Assembly: GCA_047602425.1 (NCBI GenBank)
Contig: JASGHG010000001.1
Span: forward strand, 4,768,001 to 4,832,000
Direction: 5' to 3'
DNA: 64,000 nucleotides
Source: Nibricoccus sp.
Lineage (GTDB): Bacteria; Verrucomicrobiota; Verrucomicrobiia; Opitutales; Opitutaceae
In this document: piece after piece, positions 1 through 9,818 of the stretch
Numbering within the stretch: the first letter of the stretch is position 1
How the letters are laid out: each line of letters starts with the position of its first letter
Position numbers and translations under genes: made by a program
Notes under the pieces: model-generated
What the model was told of the DNA's origin: nothing
The model's database searches: none
Seen by the model: only the letters and a program-made list of their open reading frames with translations

Positions 1-2
1 GC

Positions 3-719
3 AAAACGATTTCGGCGAACAACGTGGTACATGCTGTTGCCGACATTGAGGCCAACAGCGTTGTTGCCCTCTTTCAGCTGGTTCGTGACATCATAGGTAT
101 CGTAGAGCGCGGTGTCCTCGTAGTTCGTCCAGCCCGGCGTAAAAAGATCCTGGCCCACGCGCTCGCCGTTCAGCGTCATTTCGTATTGTCCGAGGCCGGT
201 GACATGCACAAGCGCGCGGCGGAGTTTCGGACCGACAAGAAAATCTTTCCGCAGCAAAACCGTCTCGGTCGCGGCAGGCGCGGCGATCCATATGCCTTTC
301 CAATCGGTTTTCTCAAGCAGGCCCATTGTCCAAGTTGCCGGCGTGCTCCAAGCGGTAGCTTTGCCAGCGCGGTCCCACGAGCGCACTTTCCAGAAAACTT
401 GTTGCGAAGAAGCCAGTGGTTTGCCGACGTAGCGGATGTGGGCCGTTTCAGCCGAGGCGACGCGACCGCTATCCCAAAGATCGCCTTGGTCCTTTGCCAG
501 CAGTTCGGCACTAGAGGCGACGATAATCTGGTATGCGGTCTGGCGTTGTCCACGCTCACCGCTTTCGACACGCCAGTATAAACGCGGCTGAGCGACGTCG
601 ACGCCGAGCGGATCGACGGTGTATTCGCATTTCGGAGACAGGACGCGCAGTTCCGCATGCGCCGCCACGGCGAACACCAATCCCAGCAAAAACGCGATCG
701 ATTGTTTCAAGCGAAGCAT
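3..719 (-). CDS. Alpha-L-rhamnosidase, GH78, N-terminal part (runs off the window)
   Basis: Not in the ORF track. Manual translation from ATG 719: MLRLKQSIAFLLGLVFAVAAHAELRVLSPKCEYTVDPLGVDVAQPRLYWRV...QTAYQIIVASS..LWDSGRV...GLGQYEMTLNGERVGQDLFTPGWTNY. Signal peptide plus the typical GH78 N-terminus. Confidence 0.9.
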   Translation of the reverse strand, partial: MLRLKQSIAFLLGLVFAVAAHAELRVLSPKCEYTVDPLGVDVAQPRLYWRVESGERGQRQTAYQIIVASSAELLAKDQGDLWDSGRVASAETAHIRYVGKPLASSQQVFWKVRSWDRAGKATAWSTPATWTMGLLEKTDWKGIWIAAPAATETVLLRKDFLVGPKLRRALVHVTGLGQYEMTLNGERVGQDLFTPGWTNYEDTALYDTYDVTNQLKEGNNAVGLNVGNSMYHVVRRNRF

Positions 720-736
720 ACGCGGAAATTGCGGAA

Positions 737-1828
737 TTAAAGTTTCGTCGGATCGAGCACCACGTGTTTGATGCGTTTGCGATCCCAGGTGTAAGTGATG
801 TGGATTTTACCGTCAGCAGCTTGAATCACGGCCGGGTAAGCGTAGCCGGAAGTGCATGGTTCGGTCTCGAGCGTGATAATACGTTTCCACGACAGGCCGT
901 CGCTGGAGATCGCGACGTCGAGCGGATAACGGTTGCCTTTCGCCTCGTCGATGCGGTGCGCGGAATGATTATAAACAAGCAACTGGCGGCCATCAGCCAA
1001 TGTGACGGCGTCTGTACCTGAATTCGGGTTTGGCAGTTCGGCGGCGGTGAGTGCGGTCCAAGTCTTGCCGCCGTCTTTTGACCAGGTTTGTGCGATTACG
1101 CCTTGCTTGGTGCGGCACACGGCCTGCAGACGCCCGTCCTTATGAAACAGCACGCTGGGCTGGATGGCATCGAACTTCGGTCCTCCCTTGGATACGGGGC
1201 CGATTTTCTCCCAGGTTTTACCCGCGTCGCGTGAGAGCTCGAAATGCACGAGCCAGCCGCCGTCAAATTCGCCCTTGTCCGTTTTTTTCTCCGGATTTCC
1301 CTCGGTGCTCGTGGGAGACAACCACGCGCCATCGGCCAACTCCACGGCCTTGTTTTTGATCGGACCGAGAATACCGTCCGGCAGGCGTGTGGGTTTGCTC
1401 CAGGTTTTACCACCATCGAGCGAAGTCATCATAAGGCCCCACCATTCGCGCGGATTCGGACCGACTTTGTAGAAAAGAACGAGCGGACCATTCTTCGGTT
1501 GGAACAAGACGGGGTTCCAGGTCGGCAAGCGTTTGCCGTCAGGTTGCACGCCATTCGCGACTTCCACGCCCTCGGTCCATTTGCCGTTTTCAAGCCGCGA
1601 AACGTAAATGCAGACATCGGGATTTCGTTCCTTGGTACCGCCGAACCACGCTGCCACCAAGTGGCTATCCGTAGTCTCAGCCATCGTCGAGGCATGACAT
1701 TCTGGATAAGGACCTTTTTCGTAGATAAACTCGGACGACAGAATGGCTGGGTGTTGAGAGGCCGTATCGGCCTTTGCCAGCAAAACGGCGAACAGCAGAA
1801 TAAATGAAATATGACGAAAAACGCTCAT
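737..1828 (-). CDS. Secreted sialidase-fold (GH33-like, BNR/Asp-box) hydrolase; candidate Kdo hydrolase
   Basis: Signal peptide; Asp-boxes SLDGGKTW, SRDAGKTW, SKDGGKTW, SSDGLSW; C-terminal YAYP motif. Confidence 0.85.
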   Translation of the reverse strand: MSVFRHISFILLFAVLLAKADTASQHPAILSSEFIYEKGPYPECHASTMAETTDSHLVAAWFGGTKERNPDVCIYVSRLENGKWTEGVEVANGVQPDGKRLPTWNPVLFQPKNGPLVLFYKVGPNPREWWGLMMTSLDGGKTWSKPTRLPDGILGPIKNKAVELADGAWLSPTSTEGNPEKKTDKGEFDGGWLVHFELSRDAGKTWEKIGPVSKGGPKFDAIQPSVLFHKDGRLQAVCRTKQGVIAQTWSKDGGKTWTALTAAELPNPNSGTDAVTLADGRQLLVYNHSAHRIDEAKGNRYPLDVAISSDGLSWKRIITLETEPCTSGYAYPAVIQAADGKIHITYTWDRKRIKHVVLDPTKL

Positions 1829-1834
1829 GGAAAA

Positions 1835-3119
1835 TTAGGTGTTGGATGCAGCTACAGAACGACGTGAATGCATAAAAGCAGCAGCTAAAAGAAGCAACGC
1901 ACCAACGATATAAATGGCACCACCAAACGCGATTGCTTCACTCATGTTGTCGACGGCCTTTTCATGACGGCCGTACTTCGTTGCGAGGCCCACAAAGAGC
2001 GGTCCTAGCGCACCGCCACCCCAGCCGATCGTATTCATGATTCCGGACCGCCGTGCCTCGAGCCCTCGGCTCGATTACGTCATAGAGCGAAGCAAAGATT
2101 CCCGAATCGTAAAACCCCTTGCAAACACCAAAGGCGGTCATCGACAGAATCAACGTCAACGTGCTGTTCGTGCTGCCCACCAGGAAAACAAAAATCGCGC
2201 CAAGAACTAAACCGCCCGCCTGCACCAACATGCGTCCTGAAGTAAAACGCTTCCCCATCTTATCCGCCAGCCACCCGGCAAAGGGCACGATCAAAGCACT
2301 GGCCAGATGCACATAAACCGTGCCCGTCAGCCCGGCCGTACCGATTGAGTAATGAAATTTGTCGACGAGAAATTTGGGCGTCCAGGTAAGAAAAATGACA
2401 GCGATAAAGTTCGCACAAAGAAAACCTCCCATGAGAAGCATCGCCGAAGGTGTGCGAAAAATGACTCCGAGCGTGCGCCCGATTGACATTTGTTCTTCCC
2501 GATAGATTCGGTAATCCAACGTCTGTGCGGAACGACCGGAACCTTGCCCACGCTCGGGTTCATGCACGAATTTCACCAAGATGCCTGCAAGTACGACGCC
2601 GATTGGACCGAACCAATAAAATGGAACACGCCAACCTGCCCGCTCAGCCAATTCCGCCGCCATCCAACTGCCAAGGATTGTGCCCGCGTAAACAGACGAC
2701 TGATGCCATGAGAGTGCGCGGGAACGCGTCTCTTTGTCATGATAATCGCTGAGAAGCGACATGGCCGATGGGAAATAAAACGTCTCCCCCAACCCGGTCA
2801 GCGCCCGAACAATAATCAACGAAATGAGTCCATTGCACCAACCCGTGGCCAGGGTGAAAAAACTCCAGGCAACACAAGCGATCACGATCAGCCATTTTCG
2901 TGAGAAACGATCCGCCGCGATGCCGGCAATCGGAGCGCCAGCGGCATAGACCCAGGCAAAGGCCGAACCGATCCAGCCCAACTGAACGTCGTCGAATTTA
3001 AATTCGCGTCCCAGCAACGAGAGCACCGAGCTGATGGCCTGGCGGTCTGCGTAATTGAAAAAGCAGACAAACCAGAGCATACCAACAATCGTCCATTTGT
3101 AGTTCTTGTTCATGAGCAT
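1835..3119 (-). pseudogene. MFS sugar-acid transporter split by a one-base frameshift near 2045 (pseudogene or assembly error)
   Basis: ORF 1962..3119 has MFS motifs (NYADRQ, GIAADRFSRK). Removing one base at cga ggc acg gcg gtc (c) gga atc atg aat joins it to ORF 1835..2038 (RGTAVGIMNTIGWGGG...) and restores the last two TM helices. Confidence 0.75.
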
Positions 3120-3139
3120 GCTCTGGTGGTTGCAATGGT

Positions 3140-4084
3140 TCAGGCGCGGGATTTTTTGCGAGCCTTGGGCGCTGCCCCTGGGGCCTCAAGCCCCCACTCG
3201 GCGAATTTTTTCCGCAGGTCGGCCACAACACCAGCGTAGATTTTCCGGGTGGCATCGGAGACGATCATCTTCGGCGTGCCGACCTCGAAGCCGCGAGCTT
3301 CGACGCCCGCGGTGCAATTGATGGTAAAGGTCAATCGATCGACAATCGCTCCGACTTCGCGCATGCGGGTTGCGGTCGGTTCCAGGCGGCCAGGCTGGCT
3401 CTTGCGATAGACATTAAACTGCTCAACCATCAGCTCTGGAACAATGTTAACCAGTCCACCGATGCAACCGGCAGCGCCGAGTTTAAACACCTCGGGCAAG
3501 CGCGTGTCTGCGCCGGAGAAAACCGAGAAGTTTTTTTCGCGACCGAGACGGATCAGCTCGGTGTGGTAGCCGAATTCACCGCCGCTCTGCTTGATCGCCG
3601 CCATCGGGTGGCGATCGGCGAATTTCGCAATCGTGTCGAGCCCGATGCGGTTGCAGGTGAGCTCAGGGAAATTGTAGAGCATGACCGGCAGTTGGGCGGC
3701 TTCAGCGGCATATTCGAAATGCGCCAGTTGATCGGCAGTGGAGCACGGAAAGAAATTTGGCGGCATGATTCCGACGCCCGGCAATTTCAAACGTCGGGCA
3801 AAACGTCCGAGCTCAGCCACCACGCGTGGATTGATGTCGCTAATGTTCGCGATGACCGGAAGCGGCGCGGCGAGTTCAGCCACGGTTTCCAGCACTTCCT
3901 TGCGTTGCTCCACGTTTAAGCGGGGAAACTCCCCGGTGCTGCCCAGCGCGAGAACGCCGTGAATGCCTTTGGAGCGCAGCCAGGTCAAATGCGTGGCGAG
4001 CGCGCGTTTCATGAGCTTGCCGTTTGCATCCGTCGGGATGGTAAGCGCAGCTAAAATTCCCTCAGTAGGAAATGCGTTTTTCAT
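3140..4084 (-). CDS. DapA/NanA-family (DHDPS-like) class I aldolase; candidate Kdo aldolase
   Basis: GSTGE, LYNFP and IKQS (Schiff-base Lys) motifs; neighbours are GH33 and MFS genes. Confidence 0.85.
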   Translation of the reverse strand: MKNAFPTEGILAALTIPTDANGKLMKRALATHLTWLRSKGIHGVLALGSTGEFPRLNVEQRKEVLETVAELAAPLPVIANISDINPRVVAELGRFARRLKLPGVGIMPPNFFPCSTADQLAHFEYAAEAAQLPVMLYNFPELTCNRIGLDTIAKFADRHPMAAIKQSGGEFGYHTELIRLGREKNFSVFSGADTRLPEVFKLGAAGCIGGLVNIVPELMVEQFNVYRKSQPGRLEPTATRMREVGAIVDRLTFTINCTAGVEARGFEVGTPKMIVSDATRKIYAGVVADLRKKFAEWGLEAPGAAPKARKKSRA

Positions 4085-4094
4085 GGTACAAAGT

Positions 4095-5090
4095 TTACTT
4101 GGTCACTCCCGCGCCGTTTACCGCAGGCGCTTGGTTCTGCAAAAGCCGCTCGATGACTTCCCGCGGCACGGCGATCACGGTACCATGGCGCGCGTCTTTT
4201 GGAAACGTCGTGCGCTCGCTCAGATCGTTCCAGTGCACCAGATCGCGCGAGATGACCACGCCGTATTTGTTTTCGCGGTGTTTGTCGAAATAGACGCGCC
4301 AGTCGTCACCGACTTTGATCGCTGACGGGCCTTCCGCCCAATAGTTGCCGGTGATGGCAGACGAGGCCTCCGAAAAAGGTCCCTCCGGCGTCTGCGCTTT
4401 GATCATCCGAATATTCTTTTCCACCTTGGGCCGGGCGCTCTCGTTTTTCACGAACATCAACCAATGGTCACCGTCCTTCGCCAATGAGGCATCGATCACG
4501 TTGAAGCCACCGTCGTATAACAAGCGGGTTGGCGTGAACGCTTCGAAATCCTTCGTCGTCGTGGCGTAAATGCGGTGGTTTCCTTCCGGGCCTTTGTTGG
4601 AATTCTCCGTTTCGCGAAAACGGCCGAGCACCGTACTCGACCAGAAAATCAAATAGTGCTGCTTGGCTTCATCCCAGACGATTTCTGGCGCCCAACAGTT
4701 TTGCGCCTGCGACTCATGCGCCATGACAGGGATCGCTTTCTGCGCGGACCAATGGATCAAATCCTTCGACGAAGCATAGCCGATGGTTTTGCCTTTCCAC
4801 GATGTCGTCCAAACCAGTCGAAAGATGCCATCCGGTCCACGATAGAGACAGGGATCGCGCATGAGCTTCGATTCGCCCACTTCAGGACGGAGATAGGGCT
4901 TGTCGTTGTTCAGGATTTCCCAGGAAAAACCATCCCTGCTCCAGGCCAGGTGCAGACCGTCACCAGCAGCGTGGTGGTAGAAGTACGTGAACAAGAAGCA
5001 GGTTTCAGGCAACTCCTGCGCCGAACCAGCGCGGGCAGGCAAAACCGCCAGCGCCAGGGTGATCAGAATTGTGGCTGGACGAAACAACAC
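4095..5090 (-). CDS. Secreted GH43-like glycoside hydrolase (arabinofuranosidase-like)
   Basis: GTG start at 5090, 4 nt after the upstream stop; signal peptide; DGLHLAWSRDG, LMRDP, CWAPE, VIDAS, WAEGP motifs. Confidence 0.85.
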   Translation of the reverse strand: MLFRPATILITLALAVLPARAGSAQELPETCFLFTYFYHHAAGDGLHLAWSRDGFSWEILNNDKPYLRPEVGESKLMRDPCLYRGPDGIFRLVWTTSWKGKTIGYASSKDLIHWSAQKAIPVMAHESQAQNCWAPEIVWDEAKQHYLIFWSSTVLGRFRETENSNKGPEGNHRIYATTTKDFEAFTPTRLLYDGGFNVIDASLAKDGDHWLMFVKNESARPKVEKNIRMIKAQTPEGPFSEASSAITGNYWAEGPSAIKVGDDWRVYFDKHRENKYGVVISRDLVHWNDLSERTTFPKDARHGTVIAVPREVIERLLQNQAPAVNGAGVTK

Positions 5091-5094
5091 GATC

Positions 5095-6768
5095 TCAGTT
5101 TCCTGGAGGCTTGTCGCTGATTTCGCCGGCCACACCGGAAACGCGGCGGATGCGCAGCGCGATATTCGGCTTGCCGGGCAGCGTCACGGAACGGCCCTTT
5201 TCTTCAATGAACGTGTACATGTCCTTCTTTTTCGCGACGAAGACACCTTCGACCGGCGTGATGGTCATGTCCCACGTGTCGATGACTTCAATCTTGAACT
5301 GATTGCCATCGGCAATGCCGTCGCGGTAAAGTTCGAACTTCCACGAGGTCGGTTTCTCGCGGCCGAAATACACCAGATAGTATTCACCGGGTTTTCCGCC
5401 CATGCCGACGGTCCACCACTTGTCGATCGGATCGATGCCGGTCGCCGGACTGTCTTCGAGGATCTTGCGCAGGAACGCGAGGCGTGGCGGGCATTCGCCT
5501 CGCAGCACACCGCCCTGCCCGATCCAGACGAAGGCGTTATCGCCCTTCGGGTCCTTGCCGCTGTATTCGACTTCACGAGCGGGATCGTCTGGCGTGATCA
5601 AATATTCGCTGTGGCCAACGTACGTGCCGGCCACGGTGCCAACCCAAAAACGATGCGTCAGTTCGCGGCCGTCGATCTGCGCCCAGCGCAAGCGGTGGTT
5701 TCCCTCATAAACGATTTCGTCGTATACGATCGGCTTCCGATAAACGTCGCGGTAGAGCAACGCGCGGCCAACTTCCTCGACGGCCGAACCATTCTGCATG
5801 CTCACATGCGTGACCCATGGCTTGTTGTGATCGTAAATCACCTTGCCATTGTGGATCGAGCGAAGGTGGTTGTACGGATCGGATGCCTGCACGACCTGGA
5901 AATTGCGATCCCAGTCGGCCTCGGTCTTGGTCCGAACGTAATCGTACTCGTTGGCCATCGACCACCAGATGTTCCGGTAAGCAGACAGGCGGGCCACAAT
6001 ATAGCGAACGTAGAAATCCTCCACGGCGGGCGGCATTGTATCCAGTTTCCAAATATGGTCGTCGTCGTAGGGATGGAAAAGGAGCAGGTCGCATTCGATG
6101 CCGAGCTCGCGGAGCTGGCTGATGCGCTTTTCAAGGTGTTGGAAAAACTCCGGGTTAAACCGGGTGTAGTCCGGATTGGTTGGTTCGCCCATGAACGGGA
6201 AACGGGTCGGCGGCATCGTTTTCATCCCGTGAGTTTGGGGAAACACGCACATGCGGATCTTGTTGAACGGCGATGCGGCGAGTGTCTTGAGGGTTTGCTC
6301 CTCGACTGCCGCGGGGCGATGAGTCCAAGTGTAGCAGGTTGTCCCTATCTGTTTGTACGGCGTGCCGTCGGCATAGGCGAAATGATAGGTATTGGCCACA
6401 CGAACAGGACCGCGATTGCCCTTGGTCGGGGCGGTCACAGTGAAATCGCCGCGCTGCTGGGTGAGCGGCCAGCGGTTGCTATGCGTGAAGTACGTCCAGT
6501 TGCCAGTCTCCTCGGGCATGAAACGGATGCGGTAAACGCCGTTGCCGTCGTAGAACCCCGGGACGTTGACCATGCGGTGGCCGTTGCTGAATTCGGCGGA
6601 AAGCGTGACGTCGACAAAAGGATTCCCGTCGGTCGGGCCCTTCAGTTCGATCTCAAAGACACCCCATTTCTCAACGGAAGTCGGGGCTGTGGCGCGGGCG
6701 AGGCACAGGTTGGCAACCAATGCCAGGCTCAAAAGCGAAGTACGAAGGATGCTGGTGAACAGGGTCAT
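5095..6768 (-). CDS. Secreted DUF5060-DUF4038-DUF5605 protein (apiosidase/GH140-like TIM-barrel hydrolase)
   Basis: Signal peptide; VEKWGVFE..GNPF..GFYDGNGVYRIRFMP N-domain; GTTCY, WWSMANEYD, SIHNG, YDEIVYEG motifs. Confidence 0.75.
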   Translation of the reverse strand: MTLFTSILRTSLLSLALVANLCLARATAPTSVEKWGVFEIELKGPTDGNPFVDVTLSAEFSNGHRMVNVPGFYDGNGVYRIRFMPEETGNWTYFTHSNRWPLTQQRGDFTVTAPTKGNRGPVRVANTYHFAYADGTPYKQIGTTCYTWTHRPAAVEEQTLKTLAASPFNKIRMCVFPQTHGMKTMPPTRFPFMGEPTNPDYTRFNPEFFQHLEKRISQLRELGIECDLLLFHPYDDDHIWKLDTMPPAVEDFYVRYIVARLSAYRNIWWSMANEYDYVRTKTEADWDRNFQVVQASDPYNHLRSIHNGKVIYDHNKPWVTHVSMQNGSAVEEVGRALLYRDVYRKPIVYDEIVYEGNHRLRWAQIDGRELTHRFWVGTVAGTYVGHSEYLITPDDPAREVEYSGKDPKGDNAFVWIGQGGVLRGECPPRLAFLRKILEDSPATGIDPIDKWWTVGMGGKPGEYYLVYFGREKPTSWKFELYRDGIADGNQFKIEVIDTWDMTITPVEGVFVAKKKDMYTFIEEKGRSVTLPGKPNIALRIRRVSGVAGEISDKPPGN

Positions 6769-6776
6769 GATGAAAT

Positions 6777-9700
6777 TCAAGGGATAGGCGTGATCCAAAA
6801 TGCGGCCGGGTGTTTATTGCCGGTGATTTCTATTTGACCGGCAGTCGTGCGTTCGGAGGCAACTGCACCGGTTTTCAAATCGATTTCGCGAATGGCGACC
6901 GAACCTTTAACCGAACGCAAATCGAGCTTAACCGAACCTTCGCCAAAGGTATAAATAAACGATTGGCTTTCATCGCCGGAAAGTTGGCGCCAGTTTTTTT
7001 GCCGCGTTTCAACGGGTTTCATTTTTGCCAATGCCGTGAGCAGCCGCGGATCGGTGGTACGAGGCAGTTTGGCGAACGAACCACCCGCTGCGACAAAAGC
7101 CCAGCCATCGGCTTCGTCCAATCCGCTGATAATCGCTTTTTCGGGGAAACGGATGCGATATTCCGCAACCATATCGGCGATTGTCGCAGGGTTTGGACGG
7201 CCTTTTTTCCAAAGTCGCTCATGCTGGCGAGGGGCAAGATCCGTCCCGCCCGAAGGGGCAAATTCGGCGCCTTTTTCGGTGCGGAACCAATATTTCAAAT
7301 CGATCACGTCGATCACCGAGGCACGGCGGGCATCGGCCAGGACTGCATCCTGAACGTCCTTGCAAGCGCTGAGTGCAATCAGGGGATGTTTGCCCGTTTC
7401 CTGCTCCCACTCGGCGACGACATCCAGCCAGAACTGCATGAAATGCAACGGCCCCGAATTCTCAGCGCTCAGGTGGTGGATAACGTTGGGTTCGTCCGAC
7501 AGGGCTTCGAGGCAGTGACGGATATAGCGCCGATGCAAGTCCCGACGGAGAGGGTTTGAAAGATCGTAAAACTCCGCCGCCATTTTGACGGTGTCGCCGT
7601 CGAAAGGCGGAGGTTCCGTGAAACCTGTCGGTTGCAGACAGTTCGTTGGACGCCAGGGGAAATCGACCCAGTGCGCGCCCGCCTCCAGAATGTTGTGCTG
7701 AAAATACATCGCGTTGATCAAAACCAAACCCTTGCGCCGACCGAGCGCGGCAAACTCGCGAAGTCGGCCGAAATACCAGGGATTGTATTTCGTCAGATCG
7801 TATTTGCTCAATCCGTCAAAGGCCCTCCCCTGCCCGCTGCGGGCAAAGGGTTGTTCAAAAAACGGAGGCCAGACATCCGCATCCGGTCTGCGGATACGCT
7901 CGTGATCCATGCGACGCCGTTCGTACCAAAGTCCGTAGTGTTGTCTCACCGCCACTTGCCCGGCGTTCAGTTTATCGTCGGGCGACCGGGCCGTGAGCAT
8001 ATTATCCGTCATCTCGTCGAGGTCGTCGGTGTATTCAGGTCCGATCAAGCCGGGGGCGAAACGGGTAATGCTCGGCTTGGTATCCTCGCGACCGCTTACA
8101 AGGTAGCCCCGCCACCACGCGACATCCGCTTGCCGACCGGTGAGCAGAGCGCCATTCGCGGTAAGCCAACCATTCCTCAGCGCCAACGGTTTGTCGTTTT
8201 TTGGTTTCTGCACGGCGGCTAGAAGCTCGTCCTCAATTGTTTTCCGAGTCGCAGCCTGAAGCGCATCGTCATTAAAAGTTGGATACGTGCGTGGCGCCAG
8301 CGCCGCGATCCCCTTCGCGCCCCGACGCTCCTCGAGTTGCGCGCGATACAAGCTATCGGGTTTAACAAACTCATTGACCATACTCCAACGCCCATCGCCA
8401 ACAAATTGACCCCAGACGCCGTCAGCCCAATTTTGCGCCGTGGGCGGTTTCCGGCAGACAACGACCGAAGCCGAACATTGCCAGAGCATCGAATTCGCTG
8501 CGGCCCAACCCACGCCCTGGTTCCACGTCTCGCGGTTATCCAGCGCGAGCGTGCCGCCATCGATCGACACATTGTCGAACAAACTGCCAGAGGCCCAACT
8601 TCCGACGGAACCGCTGGCGCCATGGGTGTCGATGGCAATGCATTCTAGAAACACGTTTGGACCGGCGGCCAGATTGCCGGTGCAGAAATCCGCGCGTCCT
8701 TCCTGACTGCGACAGCGCAAAAATAAAGTTTGCTGACCTGCCGTGGTGAATGTGTGGCGCCTGTATCCGCCGAGTTCCGACACGGGAGCGAGCGATTCGC
8801 AATCCTGCACGGTCACCCGGCTCGCTCCTGAGCCGAGATTGATGACCGAACCGGCAAAATGGAGGGCGGTGATATTCGCGGCCCAAGCATCGCGAACGTG
8901 GTCAAACGCAACCGCCTCCCATGCGTGCTGTTCGTCGAGCGGGTTGGCTGGATCAAACGTCGACTCGCAGCGCACATTTTCGACTCCGATCTTCGTGAGT
9001 CGTCCGGGCCAGGAAAACAAGCTGACAGTGCCGCCACCGTACTTCTCGTCGAGCGCGGTCGTAAGTGGGGCCTCGAGCGTGACCGCCCCGGCTTTTACCG
9101 AAACAATCGTTCGTTCCCAAACGATCGTCATCGCTTGGGGTTTCCAGGCGAATTGCTGGCGGCCGGGCGATATATGCATACCCAAGGCCTTGATCCATTC
9201 CGCCGTCGCCGGACGCGATATAAGGACCGTATCGCCACTCTTTAGATTCTGCTGATTTTTCACATGGATCTCAACCGAACCAACGGAAACTTTTTTATCG
9301 TCCACCGCGACTGACGGCCTGATAACAAGGTCGTTTTTCCCTCGCACCAAAATCAATGCTCGGCGATCCGTGCCCGTTGCGACAAGCACCGTGCCGTCGG
9401 CTCCCTGGCCTTCGCCCCGAAGCACGACGCCGCTGGCCTTGATGCGCAGCTGGCCTTCGATTTCGTAGCGGCCCTTCTTGAGCAAAACCGCGCCGCGGAA
9501 ACCAGTTTCATCGATTGGCAAACCTGCGAGGCGATCCAAAGCAGCTTGAATGCGCGCGGTATTGTCGCCCACTTCGGGCGCCAAAATGAACTTCACCGGC
9601 ACGATCGGCAACGCCACGCCGCCACCCGCATAGCCCGCGTGGGAAAAATCCGGCACCAGGGAGCCTTCGTCGTCGGCGCTGTATTTTAGTTTCCCGCTGT

Positions 9701-9818
9701 CTTTGTCGTGCGAAATGAGCGGAGGCAGCTGCTCCGCGTGTAACGAAACAATAGCTAGCGCCAGAGCGGCGAAAAGGAGTCTAAGGGGGAGTTTTTTGCG
9801 CGTAACCTTCATGAGCAC
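6777..9818 (-). CDS. Secreted pectin-lyase-like beta-helix plus DUF6298-like protein
   Basis: Signal peptide; VPDFSHAGYAGG, DNTARIQAALD, GAVLLKKGRY, SGVVLRGEG beta-helix start; C-terminal HYGLWYERRRMDHERIRR domain. Confidence 0.7.
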   Translation of the reverse strand: MLMKVTRKKLPLRLLFAALALAIVSLHAEQLPPLISHDKDSGKLKYSADDEGSLVPDFSHAGYAGGGVALPIVPVKFILAPEVGDNTARIQAALDRLAGLPIDETGFRGAVLLKKGRYEIEGQLRIKASGVVLRGEGQGADGTVLVATGTDRRALILVRGKNDLVIRPSVAVDDKKVSVGSVEIHVKNQQNLKSGDTVLISRPATAEWIKALGMHISPGRQQFAWKPQAMTIVWERTIVSVKAGAVTLEAPLTTALDEKYGGGTVSLFSWPGRLTKIGVENVRCESTFDPANPLDEQHAWEAVAFDHVRDAWAANITALHFAGSVINLGSGASRVTVQDCESLAPVSELGGYRRHTFTTAGQQTLFLRCRSQEGRADFCTGNLAAGPNVFLECIAIDTHGASGSVGSWASGSLFDNVSIDGGTLALDNRETWNQGVGWAAANSMLWQCSASVVVCRKPPTAQNWADGVWGQFVGDGRWSMVNEFVKPDSLYRAQLEERRGAKGIAALAPRTYPTFNDDALQAATRKTIEDELLAAVQKPKNDKPLALRNGWLTANGALLTGRQADVAWWRGYLVSGREDTKPSITRFAPGLIGPEYTDDLDEMTDNMLTARSPDDKLNAGQVAVRQHYGLWYERRRMDHERIRRPDADVWPPFFEQPFARSGQGRAFDGLSKYDLTKYNPWYFGRLREFAALGRRKGLVLINAMYFQHNILEAGAHWVDFPWRPTNCLQPTGFTEPPPFDGDTVKMAAEFYDLSNPLRRDLHRRYIRHCLEALSDEPNVIHHLSAENSGPLHFMQFWLDVVAEWEQETGKHPLIALSACKDVQDAVLADARRASVIDVIDLKYWFRTEKGAEFAPSGGTDLAPRQHERLWKKGRPNPATIADMVAEYRIRFPEKAIISGLDEADGWAFVAAGGSFAKLPRTTDPRLLTALAKMKPVETRQKNWRQLSGDESQSFIYTFGEGSVKLDLRSVKGSVAIREIDLKTGAVASERTTAGQIEITGNKHPAAFWITPIP

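Noticed and set aside
737..4084. Sialic acid (nan) operon
   Set aside because: No nanE, nanK, nagA or nagB in the window, and the pectin-type neighbours favour Kdo. Not excluded, but less likely.
4987..6837. 616-aa plus-strand ORF
   Set aside because: Antisense shadow of the DUF4038 gene.
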